Below are positions 1-8,218 of a stretch of DNA of 64,000 bases, piece by piece. Within the stretch, counting starts at the first letter, position 1; each line of letters starts with the position of its first letter. The position numbers and the translations under genes were made by a program. This stretch comes from a virus. The notes beneath the pieces are model-generated. The model saw only the letters and a program-made list of their open reading frames with translations. It had not been told where the DNA came from and searched no databases. The stretch is taken from the IMG/VR virus record IMGVR_UViG_3300035130_000101, positions 6,304 to 70,303 of that record. One strand, written 5' to 3'.

Positions 1-111
1 CCTAAATAATATATCACCGCCGCCACACCCCAAGTCAAGCACCGTCTTGCCAGCAAAGTCAATGTGCTGGCTGATAATATCCCACTGTGCGGGCGCTCTG
101 GTATTATGCAA
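1..111 (-). CDS. SAM-dependent methyltransferase, N-terminal part only (gene runs off window start)
   Basis: Manual minus-strand translation (TTG)HNTRAPAQWDIISQHIDFAGKTVLDLGCGGGDILFR. VLDLGCGGG is class I MTase motif I. Start codon uncertain. Confidence 0.4.
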   Translation of the reverse strand, partial: MHNTRAPAQWDIISQHIDFAGKTVLDLGCGGGDILFR

Positions 112-529
112 TGGCGGCAATTTCATCTAATGTTCTCCTGAGCCAATATTCGTCTCCCTCGCGGCGTTTGCTCGGTCGCGGGTCACACTCTAATCGGCTC
201 TCGCTAAAGTCAATCAGGTAGGGATGATTGTCTCTAATCAGGATATTCGGCCTGGTCAGGTCGCCATGCCTGATACCGGCAATCTCCAGAGCTTTGGGTA
301 TCTTGTCAAAATGGTAAGCTAACAGGTCAATGTCGGTTACAGGTGTCTGTTCGATGTGGTGCAAGCGGATTGTCTCTATGTCTGTCTGCTCGGCATATGG
401 TACGTAGCCGGAGGGGTAAAGCGTCCTGAGGCACCATATTTCGTTATCGGTCATAAATTTAGGCTGAGTCTTGTAGACCCAAACGCCGTTACCGACTATT
501 CTGGATATACCGTTGTCAGAGATAATCAC
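104..529 (-). CDS. protein-kinase-fold / LPS(Kdo)-kinase-like protein
   Basis: 141-aa ORF. HGDLTRPNILI (HxDxxxxN catalytic loop) followed by YLIDFSES (DFG-like). Confidence 0.5.
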   Translation of the reverse strand: MIISDNGISRIVGNGVWVYKTQPKFMTDNEIWCLRTLYPSGYVPYAEQTDIETIRLHHIEQTPVTDIDLLAYHFDKIPKALEIAGIRHGDLTRPNILIRDNHPYLIDFSESRLECDPRPSKRREGDEYWLRRTLDEIAAIA

Positions 530-855
530 AGTACTTCAAACCATTTACAATAGGTGATTTTACACATAGATTCCAGTTCCAAAAAAATCATTGCTGACGA
601 ATCACTACTCCCGGCTACTGGATTATGTACTACCTTATCAATAATCCTCACGATCTCACCAATAACGACAGATCCTTTTGTTCCTTTTTGAATGATATTA
701 AATTTTGTCCCAATCTCTAATAGAGGTTGAACAGAATCAACTGGGCCAAAAAAGTGTATCTCTCCGTCTTGACATATCAAGTTGACATCAACCGGCAAAG
801 GCTCCATATCATCAGTAGTGCAAAGATAATAATTTGTATTTAATTCCCAGGTCAT
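526..855 (-). CDS. hypothetical protein
   Basis: 109-aa ORF with a 4-nt overlap with the downstream gene. No motif recognised. Confidence 0.4.
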   Translation of the reverse strand: MTWELNTNYYLCTTDDMEPLPVDVNLICQDGEIHFFGPVDSVQPLLEIGTKFNIIQKGTKGSVVIGEIVRIIDKVVHNPVAGSSDSSAMIFLELESMCKITYCKWFEVL

Positions 856-902
856 AATAAACAGTCCTTTTGCTAATTACGTTCATAGATTTTCTAGGTT
901 GC

Positions 903-1355
903 TCATCGCCATACAGAAACATCTGCGGTTGGGTATATTTCACAGGCTTTTAGGTATCTTCTTACAAATTCTACAAGCCCATCATAATCACCCCAACCGT
1001 TAGATGGATTGAATTGCTTGAACCGTTCGGGGTCGCCCTCAAGTAATGCTAACCCTTTCCGAAGTGGCTCAATCAATTCGCCAGCCTTACTGATATTGAT
1101 TTCATCAGGTCGCCATAAATATTGGTATATACCGGCTTCTGAGGCCATTGTGGTAAGATTATGTGTGATATTTGCGGTATAAACTTCTTTGCTATCATCG
1201 TCGCCAATTTGGGTTATAGCCGGTTCGCACCCTGGGAATTTTTCATTCCATTCATCACGTGAAATCTCTTTTATTGAACCATTTTCACGGATAAAAATAC
1301 CCGACCCAGTCTCGTTCTTTTTATCAGGAAATATTAAGGAAACATCAAGACTCAT
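903..1355 (-). CDS. hypothetical protein
   Basis: 150-aa ORF in a co-oriented operon. No motif recognised. Confidence 0.45.
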   Translation of the reverse strand: MSLDVSLIFPDKKNETGSGIFIRENGSIKEISRDEWNEKFPGCEPAITQIGDDDSKEVYTANITHNLTTMASEAGIYQYLWRPDEINISKAGELIEPLRKGLALLEGDPERFKQFNPSNGWGDYDGLVEFVRRYLKACEIYPTADVSVWR

Positions 1356-1392
1356 TTTTGTACCTTTCCGCCTACAATAATGACATAGAGTG

Positions 1393-2112
1393 TTAAATCT
1401 TGTAGATTGAGTTTATATGGTCGGTATAGATTTTGTTATAAGAATAGTCATCAAAGTAGCGGTTAATACCATCTGCCTTTTCAGACAGTTCTTTATGCGG
1501 CTCAAGCTCGTGCGTCTCGACAATGACCAACTTTGGCCGGTAACGGTCAATCGAAAAACCGTCAAGCACGTCTATCTCTGCGCCCTCAACATCGACAATC
1601 AACACTTCAAAATCTGGCTGCCAGTTATGCTTTTCAAGCAGAAAATCGAGCGTCACCATCTCGCACTCGATAAACTTATCGGCATCAAGGCCGCTGAATT
1701 TCGACCACTCGATACCGTTGTAGATGGCTACCATCTCCGGCTTGATAGTAGAGTTTGAGCCACCGAGGTAGAGCTTGACAGTATCATTCCTTGAGCCGAT
1801 GCAACATTGCTCAAGTATTACCCTATCATTGCCTTGATAAAGTTTCTGGCAGTCTGCTATCATATCCGGCTGAGGTTCAACTAAAAGCCCCTGCCAGCCG
1901 GCCTCGATAAGGCAATGCGAATTGCTCCAATTGTAGCAGTTAAAAGCGCCGATCTCCACCACCCTCCCGTCGGTGATGTAGCCGAAATGTGACAGGTAGA
2001 TGTCAACGAGATTAGGGACCTGACAGTTAGGGACGTTGATGTATCTCATCTTTTCGTATTTGGTATAACTGAGGCAATGATGACAACGATAAACCAAAAT
2101 AGAGCAAACCAT
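1393..2112 (-). CDS. FkbM-family methyltransferase-like protein
   Basis: VVEIGAFNCYNWSN ... LLVEPQP ... LIVDVEGAEIDVL resemble FkbM-type MTase motifs. An internal Met at 2049 is an alternative start. Confidence 0.55.
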   Translation of the reverse strand: MVCSILVYRCHHCLSYTKYEKMRYINVPNCQVPNLVDIYLSHFGYITDGRVVEIGAFNCYNWSNSHCLIEAGWQGLLVEPQPDMIADCQKLYQGNDRVILEQCCIGSRNDTVKLYLGGSNSTIKPEMVAIYNGIEWSKFSGLDADKFIECEMVTLDFLLEKHNWQPDFEVLIVDVEGAEIDVLDGFSIDRYRPKLVIVETHELEPHKELSEKADGINRYFDDYSYNKIYTDHINSIYKI

Positions 2113-2223
2113 ATATATCTCAATTCACCAGTCACCATCATTCATAAGCCTATCGTGGCAGACAAAAAACTGACGATCATTACAATAGACCAGACAAAAT
2201 AAGCATATTTCGATGTCACTTTT

Positions 2224-2246
2224 TCTCAATTCAAATTGAAAAAATC
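2224..2246. repeat. palindromic CAATTG-type motif, degenerate copy
   Basis: tctcaattcaaattgaaaaaatc. Overlaps the stop of 2226-3356. Confidence 0.5.
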
Positions 2247-3356
2247 TCTAAACTTTTCAACGATGTAGGATAGGTCATTCAGGTTAAGCCCCTGGTGGCA
2301 GCCAATATATAGCCCGTTTCGATTCACCCAATCTGCCACCGGGTAATCGTCCGGCTCCCACAGCCCCTGGTAACACGGCTGCCGAGTCAGCGGCAGGGCC
2401 AGCCTTGATTCAATGCCGTTCTCTGCCAGGAATCGCCGCAGGTTGTTCCTTGTGCCTTCTTGCCGACAAACGAGCGGGTACATCTGAAAAGCGTGTTCTG
2501 AGTGTGACCGGATAGCCGGCAATTGTAGCCGGTCCTCAAGTGACGCTAAATGCTCTGTCAGATAGGCGGCGTTCTCTTGCCGGTGGCTGATAATTTCCGG
2601 TAGATCGTCCAGTTGCGCCAGACCCAGCGCAGCCTCAAGTTCAGTCATCCTAAAGCTATGGCCCACTCGCTTGAAGTCAAATTTGCGCCCAAGCCAGGTA
2701 TGATCGTAATGCTGGCCAGTCGGTAGCTCATTAAGGTCAATTCCGTGGTTGACCAGTGACCGCATATAGAGTGCATATTCGGGATTGTCGGTAATACCCA
2801 GGCCGCCAACTCCGGTCACAAGGATATGAGCCATATAGGTAGAGAAACAAGAAATGTCACCAAACGAGCCAACTGGATAACCAAAGCGGGTGACAAGCAT
2901 CGCCTCGCAGGAATCCTCTATGACCTTGATCTTGCTGCCGTAGATAGCAAACGGGGCAACCGTCCGGCTCAACTCATCTATGGCGCTGGCTTGTCCAAAG
3001 ATGTGGACCGGGATAATGCACTTGGTATTCTCGTTGATTGCCGCTTCGATCTTGGTGTAGTCAAGATCATAGTACCGGCTATCCACGTCAACCAGTACCG
3101 GCTTTAATCGCAAGTGCAAAACGACGTTGACCGTAGCCACAAACGTAATAGCTGGAATGATAACCTCGCTGCCGTCCGGCCAGCCGTGCATCTCCTTTAG
3201 CGTCTGCAAAGCCACCAAGAGCGATGACGTGCCGCTATTGGACAATACTCCATACTGGCAATTGTGCATCTGAGCAAAGCGGGATTCGAACTCTCTCGAC
3301 ATCTGACCGTAGGACAACCGGCCGGTATCTAAAACCTGATTGACCAATTGTTGCAT
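2226..3356 (-). CDS. DegT/DnrJ/EryC1-family PLP/PMP sugar enzyme with His at the Schiff-base Lys position (ColD/E1-like 3-dehydratase signature)
   Basis: SNSGTSSLLVAL, EDSCEAM, and FSTYMAHILVTGVGG aligned to SFxxxKxxxxGEGG puts His where Lys is expected. Met at 3356 abuts the upstream stop at 3358. Confidence 0.7.
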   Translation of the reverse strand: MQQLVNQVLDTGRLSYGQMSREFESRFAQMHNCQYGVLSNSGTSSLLVALQTLKEMHGWPDGSEVIIPAITFVATVNVVLHLRLKPVLVDVDSRYYDLDYTKIEAAINENTKCIIPVHIFGQASAIDELSRTVAPFAIYGSKIKVIEDSCEAMLVTRFGYPVGSFGDISCFSTYMAHILVTGVGGLGITDNPEYALYMRSLVNHGIDLNELPTGQHYDHTWLGRKFDFKRVGHSFRMTELEAALGLAQLDDLPEIISHRQENAAYLTEHLASLEDRLQLPAIRSHSEHAFQMYPLVCRQEGTRNNLRRFLAENGIESRLALPLTRQPCYQGLWEPDDYPVADWVNRNGLYIGCHQGLNLNDLSYIVEKFRDFFNLN

Positions 3357-3357
3357 T

Positions 3358-4182
3358 TTAGGCGTAGCTTGGAATGTCCCAAGTGCTATTTTGTTCAAGG
3401 CTCTTCTCCTGAAAAGCCCAGGTAGAAGGCCGGAACAGGTTGTCACCCGTCATAATAATTTGTTTGCCGGTATATTCTTGCATAACAGACCTGATGTCAT
3501 TCAGGTTTTTTATCCTGGTTTCAAGTTCTTCATTATCTGATTTCTCAATACCAAATGAGGCCGATTCATAAGCAAGACCGTTACATTCGATATAGCGGAA
3601 CCGTTCAGCAATGAGAAGCCATTCAGCGTCAACGCCTGCGCCGTTTGCTGTTGATTCAGCTACAATTTTTTGAGCCACTGGTCTGGAAAGCCCACGAGAG
3701 CCTGATAGTATATCTACATTGTAGCCAAAAAGACGATTGCACTCCAACTCGGTAATTCTTTGCAATTCGGGGTGGGTATTAAATGCCTGTTCGGTTCGGC
3801 CAAAAACAACGAAATCGTATAGAGGAATGTGATTTACTACACTTCGCAATTCATCGGGATAATTGATTATCCAGTAAAGCACTCTGTCAAAATCGCAATA
3901 ATGAAAATGATCGGCTTGAGTTTGCAATCCGAAATTGATACTCATTCTTCGAGCCTGAGCCAAGCCACCCATAGCTTGGACTTTGGCAGCCTCACCTAGT
4001 AAGTCAATTACCTTACCGTCTGTAGTATCCGTCACGACAACAACTATGCTGTCATATATTCGCTGCAATTCAGGCAGATATAATGAGATAGCGTCGATGA
4101 GCTTTCCATCAGAATCGTGAAGGGCTGATAAAAGAGTGGTCACAATAAAGCCCTTTTTACTACTTCTTTTGTCTGTCCTCAT
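3358..4182 (-). CDS. hypothetical protein, possible GT-A-like glycosyltransferase
   Basis: 274 aa. VVVVTDTTDG and HYCDFDR acidic motifs (weak evidence). Confidence 0.35.
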   Translation of the reverse strand: MRTDKRSSKKGFIVTTLLSALHDSDGKLIDAISLYLPELQRIYDSIVVVVTDTTDGKVIDLLGEAAKVQAMGGLAQARRMSINFGLQTQADHFHYCDFDRVLYWIINYPDELRSVVNHIPLYDFVVFGRTEQAFNTHPELQRITELECNRLFGYNVDILSGSRGLSRPVAQKIVAESTANGAGVDAEWLLIAERFRYIECNGLAYESASFGIEKSDNEELETRIKNLNDIRSVMQEYTGKQIIMTGDNLFRPSTWAFQEKSLEQNSTWDIPSYA

Positions 4183-4331
4183 TTATTACATCGATATAGA
4201 TAGTGATAGTTTATGTAGTTGAATTTAGTATTTTTGATTTCTTCTTTAGAGGGAACGTCTGAAACCCAATCGTCAATCTCTTGCCAATTGTGCCTACACT
4301 TTTTCACGAATAGAGATCTTATCTTGTTCAT
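4179..4331 (-). CDS. small hypothetical protein
   Basis: 50 aa from the Met at 4331 (ATGA overlap with the upstream stop). The ORF track lists a longer 63-aa form. Confidence 0.3.
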   Translation of the reverse strand: MNKIRSLFVKKCRHNWQEIDDWVSDVPSKEEIKNTKFNYINYHYLYRCNK

Positions 4332-4516
4332 AGCGCCCCAATGTATCTGAGTAGCACAATTACGACCCAAATAAAAAATGCTGTAAGTCCCAGGCCGATT
4401 ATCAGGGATATTACTCCACCGACAATTGAGGCTATTTTTATCCGCCTGAAATCTCTATCGAAATCATCTGACATTTTTTGAAACCGTTTATCAAAGTCAC
4501 TCATAATCCAAACCAA
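4328..4516 (-). CDS. small membrane protein
   Basis: 62 aa. Hydrophobic span IASIVGGVISLIIGLGLTAFFIWVVIVLL. Confidence 0.4.
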   Translation of the reverse strand: MVWIMSDFDKRFQKMSDDFDRDFRRIKIASIVGGVISLIIGLGLTAFFIWVVIVLLRYIGAL

Positions 4517-5228
4517 ACCTTTCCTTCAATTCCTGTCTGTCTGTCATCTTCAGTCCCGGTATCCCGCTCCGGTCGTGATAGTTCCATTGCCCCCGTTGGA
4601 TGACGTTGACGTGCCGCAGCGGAGCCTGCCGGGTGCCGAGTACCAACCAATCGGGGTGGTTGTTTACCCTGCCAGCCATCTCTATCTGTTGGGCCGTTTC
4701 ACCGGGGACAAGCACCTCTCTCAGTAAGTCTCGCCGCCACATTCCACCCCAGAGTGACATATGGTACTGGCTATTCGGGTCGCTCTTAATCAGGTCGAGA
4801 TAGCCCAGAGTATCATAGGTATTGTAGCCCCAATAGAACTGATTGTAGCCTTCTGGTGGCGTGCCTGAGTAAAGCCGCTCATCAGCCAGGTCGAACTTGA
4901 GAACGTTGGTATACTGGTGCATATAGTCGTAGATCATCTGGACGGCTTTGGTGTCAACGGGACGGGAAAGAAAATAATCATCGAGCATAAGGATAAAGAC
5001 TTCATCGGCTACGGTGTCCAGTACCTTTATGAGTGCATCGCTCCATTTGTTGGCCGGGTAATTTTTGAATTTGCCGATAGAGTAGAAATTGGAATCACAC
5101 TCAATTCTGGTATAGCCGCAAGTCAGGCGAGTATGCTCAAGTCCGTTAAAATATTTGGTCCACTGATACCAAAAGGGGGGAATAGTCCACTGCTGATTGT
5201 CGCTGGTCATTACAATTACTTGTATCAT
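4497..5228 (-). CDS. hypothetical protein, possible glycosyltransferase
   Basis: 243 aa. FILMLDDYFL is a DxD-like motif (weak). Confidence 0.35.
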   Translation of the reverse strand: MIQVIVMTSDNQQWTIPPFWYQWTKYFNGLEHTRLTCGYTRIECDSNFYSIGKFKNYPANKWSDALIKVLDTVADEVFILMLDDYFLSRPVDTKAVQMIYDYMHQYTNVLKFDLADERLYSGTPPEGYNQFYWGYNTYDTLGYLDLIKSDPNSQYHMSLWGGMWRRDLLREVLVPGETAQQIEMAGRVNNHPDWLVLGTRQAPLRHVNVIQRGQWNYHDRSGIPGLKMTDRQELKERFGLDYE

Positions 5229-5291
5229 CGGTTCCTCTACAAAAAATATCCGGGTCTCTGTATGCCGGATGGGATTAAATGTTGTTATCGG

Positions 5292-6191
5292 TTACGTTCC
5301 TTTGTTTCCTCTATACCATTCTATCGTTTGCCTTAACCCATCTATCAGCGACGTTTCCGGCTGCCACCCTAACAGTGACTTAGCTCGGCTATTATCATAT
5401 AGCCGTCTTTTCTCACCAGTAGGCTTTGTCTTATCCCAGGCGACGGTGCCATCGAAACCGGTCAACTCAACCAATAAATCAACCAACTCAGCAATCGACA
5501 CCTCTTGATTAGACGAGATATTGACCGGCTGACCCACGTCGGTATCAATGAATTTGGACAGGGCCTTTGCCACGTCACCAGCATACAGAAAATCTCTAGT
5601 AGCCTTGCCGTCGCCCCAAATGGTAACAACCTCTTTGGCCTCGATAAACTTACGTACCAAGGCAGCTATGACGTGGCCGCTTTCTCCAAAGTTGTCTCTT
5701 GGACCATACATATTAACCGGAATAGGATACTCAAAAGCCATCCCGTACTGCTCGCGGCAGGCTTCCAGTTGCGCCAGGGCCACCCGCTTACTAATGCCAT
5801 ATGAACCATTAGACTTTTCAGGATAGCCACTCCACAGGTTGCCCTCTTTCATCGGCAATAGCGGAAAGTCAGGATAAGCGCAAACCGAGGAGACAAACAC
5901 GAACTTCCCGACGCCAATCTCAGCACACTTCTGGATAAGCTGAGTATTCATCATCACATTGTCATAATAGATGCTGGCCGGGTTTGCCATATTGTAGGAA
6001 ATGCCGCCGACGTTGGCCGCTAGGTGGTAGACGATATCGGGCTTGACAAAATGATCGAAAAGGGCATCAATATGATCATGTTGCCGCAGGTCATAGGCGC
6101 GGGATAGAACGGGGTAAACGTCGTGGTCACTTAAGAGGGGGTAGAGATGGCTGCCAAGAAAGCCAGCGGAGCCGGTCAGGAGTATCTTCAT
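5292..6191 (-). CDS. NAD(P)-dependent sugar epimerase/reductase, GDP-L-fucose synthase (Fcl/ColC)-like
   Basis: MKILLTGSAGFLGS (GxxGxxG), YGISKR (YxxxK), PVNMYGPRDNF...SGHVIAALV. Met at 6191 overlaps the upstream stop. Confidence 0.7.
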   Translation of the reverse strand: MKILLTGSAGFLGSHLYPLLSDHDVYPVLSRAYDLRQHDHIDALFDHFVKPDIVYHLAANVGGISYNMANPASIYYDNVMMNTQLIQKCAEIGVGKFVFVSSVCAYPDFPLLPMKEGNLWSGYPEKSNGSYGISKRVALAQLEACREQYGMAFEYPIPVNMYGPRDNFGESGHVIAALVRKFIEAKEVVTIWGDGKATRDFLYAGDVAKALSKFIDTDVGQPVNISSNQEVSIAELVDLLVELTGFDGTVAWDKTKPTGEKRRLYDNSRAKSLLGWQPETSLIDGLRQTIEWYRGNKGT

Positions 6192-6370
6192 TGCCGTTTC
6201 CTCATTGCCAGCCATACCTCATCGGCCGTCGGCTTGCGCACTTTTTCCGCCGCCAAGTAGGTTTGCAGAATCCAGACGATATGCGCCGTCTTGCTACGCT
6301 GTGCTTTTTGGGCGCTGGCGGTTAGTTGGGTATTGAGTTTATCGGGTAAGCGTAGGGTGAAGCGGGTCAT
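6188..6370 (-). CDS. ribbon-helix-helix (CopG/Arc-like) DNA-binding protein
   Basis: 60 aa. MTRFTLRLPDKLNTQLTASAQKAQRSKTAHIVWILQTYL fits a beta-strand plus two helices. Confidence 0.5.
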   Translation of the reverse strand: MTRFTLRLPDKLNTQLTASAQKAQRSKTAHIVWILQTYLAAEKVRKPTADEVWLAMRKRQ

Positions 6371-6396
6371 TTTTTCTCAATTTCGGTTGATATTTT
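6371..6396. repeat. palindromic motif, degenerate copy
   Basis: tttttctcaatttcggttgatatttt, between 6397-6696 and the start of 6188-6370. Confidence 0.4.
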
Positions 6397-6680
6397 CTAG
6401 CCGTAGCCGTAGCCGTCGCCGGAGCCGTAGCCGTAGCCGTCGCCGGAGCCGTAGCCGTCGCCGGAGCCGTAGCCGTCGCCGTAGCCGTCGCCGTCGCCGG
6501 AGCCGTAGCCGTCGCCGTAGCCGTCGCCGTAGCCGTAGCCGTAGCCGTCGCCGGAGCCGGAGCCGTAGCCGTCGCCGGAGCCGGAGCCGTAGCCGTCGCC
6601 GGAGCCGGAGCCGTCGCCGGAGCCGTAGCCGTCGCCGTAGCCGTCGCCGGAGCCGGAGCCGTAGCCGTCGCCGTAGCTAA
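6397..6680. repeat. GC-rich tandem hexamer-based repeat (GCCGTA/GCCGTC/GCCGGA units)
   Basis: Visible run of gccgtagccgtcgccggagcc units. Encodes (GDGYGS)n on the minus strand. Confidence 0.85.
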
Positions 6681-6696
6681 TCAATGCGCTGTCCAC
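6397..6696 (-). CDS. low-complexity (GDGYGS)n Gly/Asp/Tyr/Ser repeat protein
   Basis: GTG start with GAGGAGG 7 nt upstream. After 7 N-terminal residues the product contains only G, D, Y and S. Confidence 0.45.
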   Translation of the reverse strand: MDSALISYGDGYGSGSGDGYGDGYGSGDGSGSGDGYGSGSGDGYGSGSGDGYGYGYGDGYGDGYGSGDGDGYGDGYGSGDGYGSGDGYGYGSGDGYGYG

Positions 6697-6971
6697 TCTG
6701 GAACCTCCTCAATCGACTGCCGGGCTTTCGGCGTACAATCCAAAATCTCAATGGCTTCGGTCAAAGTGACCAAAGTGACAGCGACGGGGAATTTGCAATC
6801 ATTGGGCTTGCTTACTCCCCGAACGGCCAACTCAGATAATGAGGCTGCCCCTGACCAGTACCACAAGCGTCGGGCATTGGTCAAAACGACTTCCTTACCA
6901 TTCCGGCTTTCCAATTCGCCTGCAAAAACACCGGCGCTGTACGTTCTGACAATTACATACTTCTTGTCCAT
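6681..6971 (-). CDS. hypothetical protein
   Basis: 96 aa. AGGGAG SD upstream of the ATG at 6971. First gene downstream of promoter 7044-7073. Confidence 0.5.
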   Translation of the reverse strand: MDKKYVIVRTYSAGVFAGELESRNGKEVVLTNARRLWYWSGAASLSELAVRGVSKPNDCKFPVAVTLVTLTEAIEILDCTPKARQSIEEVPEWTAH

Positions 6972-7000
6972 TGTTCACTCCCTTTCTATCTGTCTGATTA

Positions 7001-7020
7001 TTTCAATTGCGGTTAATATT
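7001..7020. repeat. palindromic motif, degenerate copy
   Basis: tttcaattgcggttaatatt, in the 5' leader between promoter 7044-7073 and the ATG at 6971. Confidence 0.4.
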
Positions 7021-7043
7021 TCTATAGGAAACAAGCCTATCTC

Positions 7044-7073
7044 ATTATACACCACCTTGACACCATTTGTCAA
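7044..7073 (-). promoter_or_regulatory. sigma70-type promoter
   Basis: Minus strand TTGACA-18 nt-TATAAT, upstream of 6681-6971. Confidence 0.65.
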
Positions 7074-7076
7074 TAA

Positions 7077-7111
7077 GAAAAGCCGCCGGCCCCGATACAC
7101 CGACGGCTTTT
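7077..7111. terminator. imperfect hairpin flanked by A- and T-runs
   Basis: aaaAGCCGcCGG...CCGaCGGCTtttt, downstream of the integrase-like gene. Confidence 0.45.
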
Positions 7112-7184
7112 CCTTCGATCTTTGCAGCGCCCGGCGCGCCTGAACGTGGACGTTGCTAATAGGAAGTGAACCGATTCCATTGTA

Positions 7185-7841
7185 TCACAGGTGGTTACGT
7201 GTGTCAACACATCTCATATACCTGGCAATTGTGCCGGACTTGAGACCGGTTAGCTCGCGCACTACTGCCGGTCCGTCATCCTCTAATCGGTGAACAATGC
7301 CAGACTGATAGATCGTCATCGCTGTTACCGGCTTAGTGATTTCCTGTTCCCTAGCCACCCTTTTGATATGGTTAGTCAGCGTAGACACGGACGTATGTCC
7401 ACCTCTGGACACTGACTTTTTAACAATATCTCCCGGTCTGGTCAAGTTATGATAAGCCTCTCTGGCTAAAATCTGATAAAGTAATGGTAAGCCAGTTATA
7501 ACCGCCTTTACCTGCCCCCGGCTTATAGTCTCTACCAGTTTTGTTTTGTGCAGAGTTGATACCATCCGAACTTCGACGGGCTTTCCAATGTCATCAAAAA
7601 ACATACTAATCGCCCGCTTCGCTTGGTTGGTAGTAGATCGGGAGTATTCGCCGGGCCGGACCATCCAGGCCAAATACTCGTCAATATGCCATTGCTCAAG
7701 CTCGGATAATTTGATCGGAGCGTGAAATTTGGCAAGCTCGATTATCCAGCGGGAATAGAGCCGGACGGTATTTTTGGACAGGCCCGCAAAGGCGCTGTCT
7801 AATTTTTGTTGTAACTCATTTGATGGTTTCATATTTGACAT
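7185..7841 (-). CDS. short tyrosine-recombinase/integrase-like protein (catalytic motifs partly degenerate)
   Basis: 218 aa. N-terminal SAM-like core-binding pattern (VRLYSRWIIELAKF...WHIDEYLAWM...NQAKRAISMFF). NLTRPGDIV resembles box I Arg and IARYM a candidate Tyr, but the HxxR region is not recognisable. Confidence 0.45.
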   Translation of the reverse strand: MSNMKPSNELQQKLDSAFAGLSKNTVRLYSRWIIELAKFHAPIKLSELEQWHIDEYLAWMVRPGEYSRSTTNQAKRAISMFFDDIGKPVEVRMVSTLHKTKLVETISRGQVKAVITGLPLLYQILAREAYHNLTRPGDIVKKSVSRGGHTSVSTLTNHIKRVAREQEITKPVTAMTIYQSGIVHRLEDDGPAVVRELTGLKSGTIARYMRCVDTRNHL

Positions 7842-7862
7842 TATAGCACGTTTTGGTATAAT
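7835..7862 (+). promoter_or_regulatory. sigma70-type promoter (extended -10)
   Basis: TTGACA-16 nt-TATAAT with TGg immediately upstream of the -10. Drives the small-ORF array. Confidence 0.7.
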
Positions 7863-7901
7863 ATCAAGTAAGATATAGTGTTATGATATTGTTAGATTGC
7901 T

Positions 7902-8108
7902 ATGGTTTATCTTGGTTACGTTTACGATGAAATGTCATACTGCCCGGAGTTGGTTGGTGTGTTTGCCACCAAACCTGCCGCTTACCGTGCAGTTAGAAAA
8001 CGGATCAAAGAGATGATTATAGAGCATTGGGAGTGTTGGGCGGGAGGACGATACCGCCACGATTACCATTTTACGTGGCGTATTAAACCCGTTGAACCAG
8101 CAACCTAA
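7902..8108 (+). CDS. hypothetical small protein
   Basis: 68 aa, first gene after promoter 7835-7862. Stop TAA lies inside a CCTAAC boundary motif. Confidence 0.5.
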   Translation: MVYLGYVYDEMSYCPELVGVFATKPAAYRAVRKRIKEMIIEHWECWAGGRYRHDYHFTWRIKPVEPAT

Positions 8109-8218
8109 CAACGGCTTACAGCGGACGGATTGACCTGGCCGTTTACATCGACCGCCCTGGCCGCCGCTGAAGCCGGGGCGTTATACGGCACGTTGCCAAC
8201 AGAGTCCGGAGTAATTGT

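Noticed and set aside
2113-2220. 25-codon hydrophobic mini-ORF (GTG; TSKYAYFVWSIVMIVSFLSATIGL) right after motif copy 1
   Set aside because: It is plausible as a small membrane peptide but too short to support, with no clear SD. It is not reported as a feature.
6291-6680. 129-aa plus-strand (RSRSRRR)n ORF
   Set aside because: It is antisense to the (GDGYGS)n ORF and opposite to all neighbouring genes. It has no SD, whereas the minus-strand frame has GAGGAGG plus GTG.
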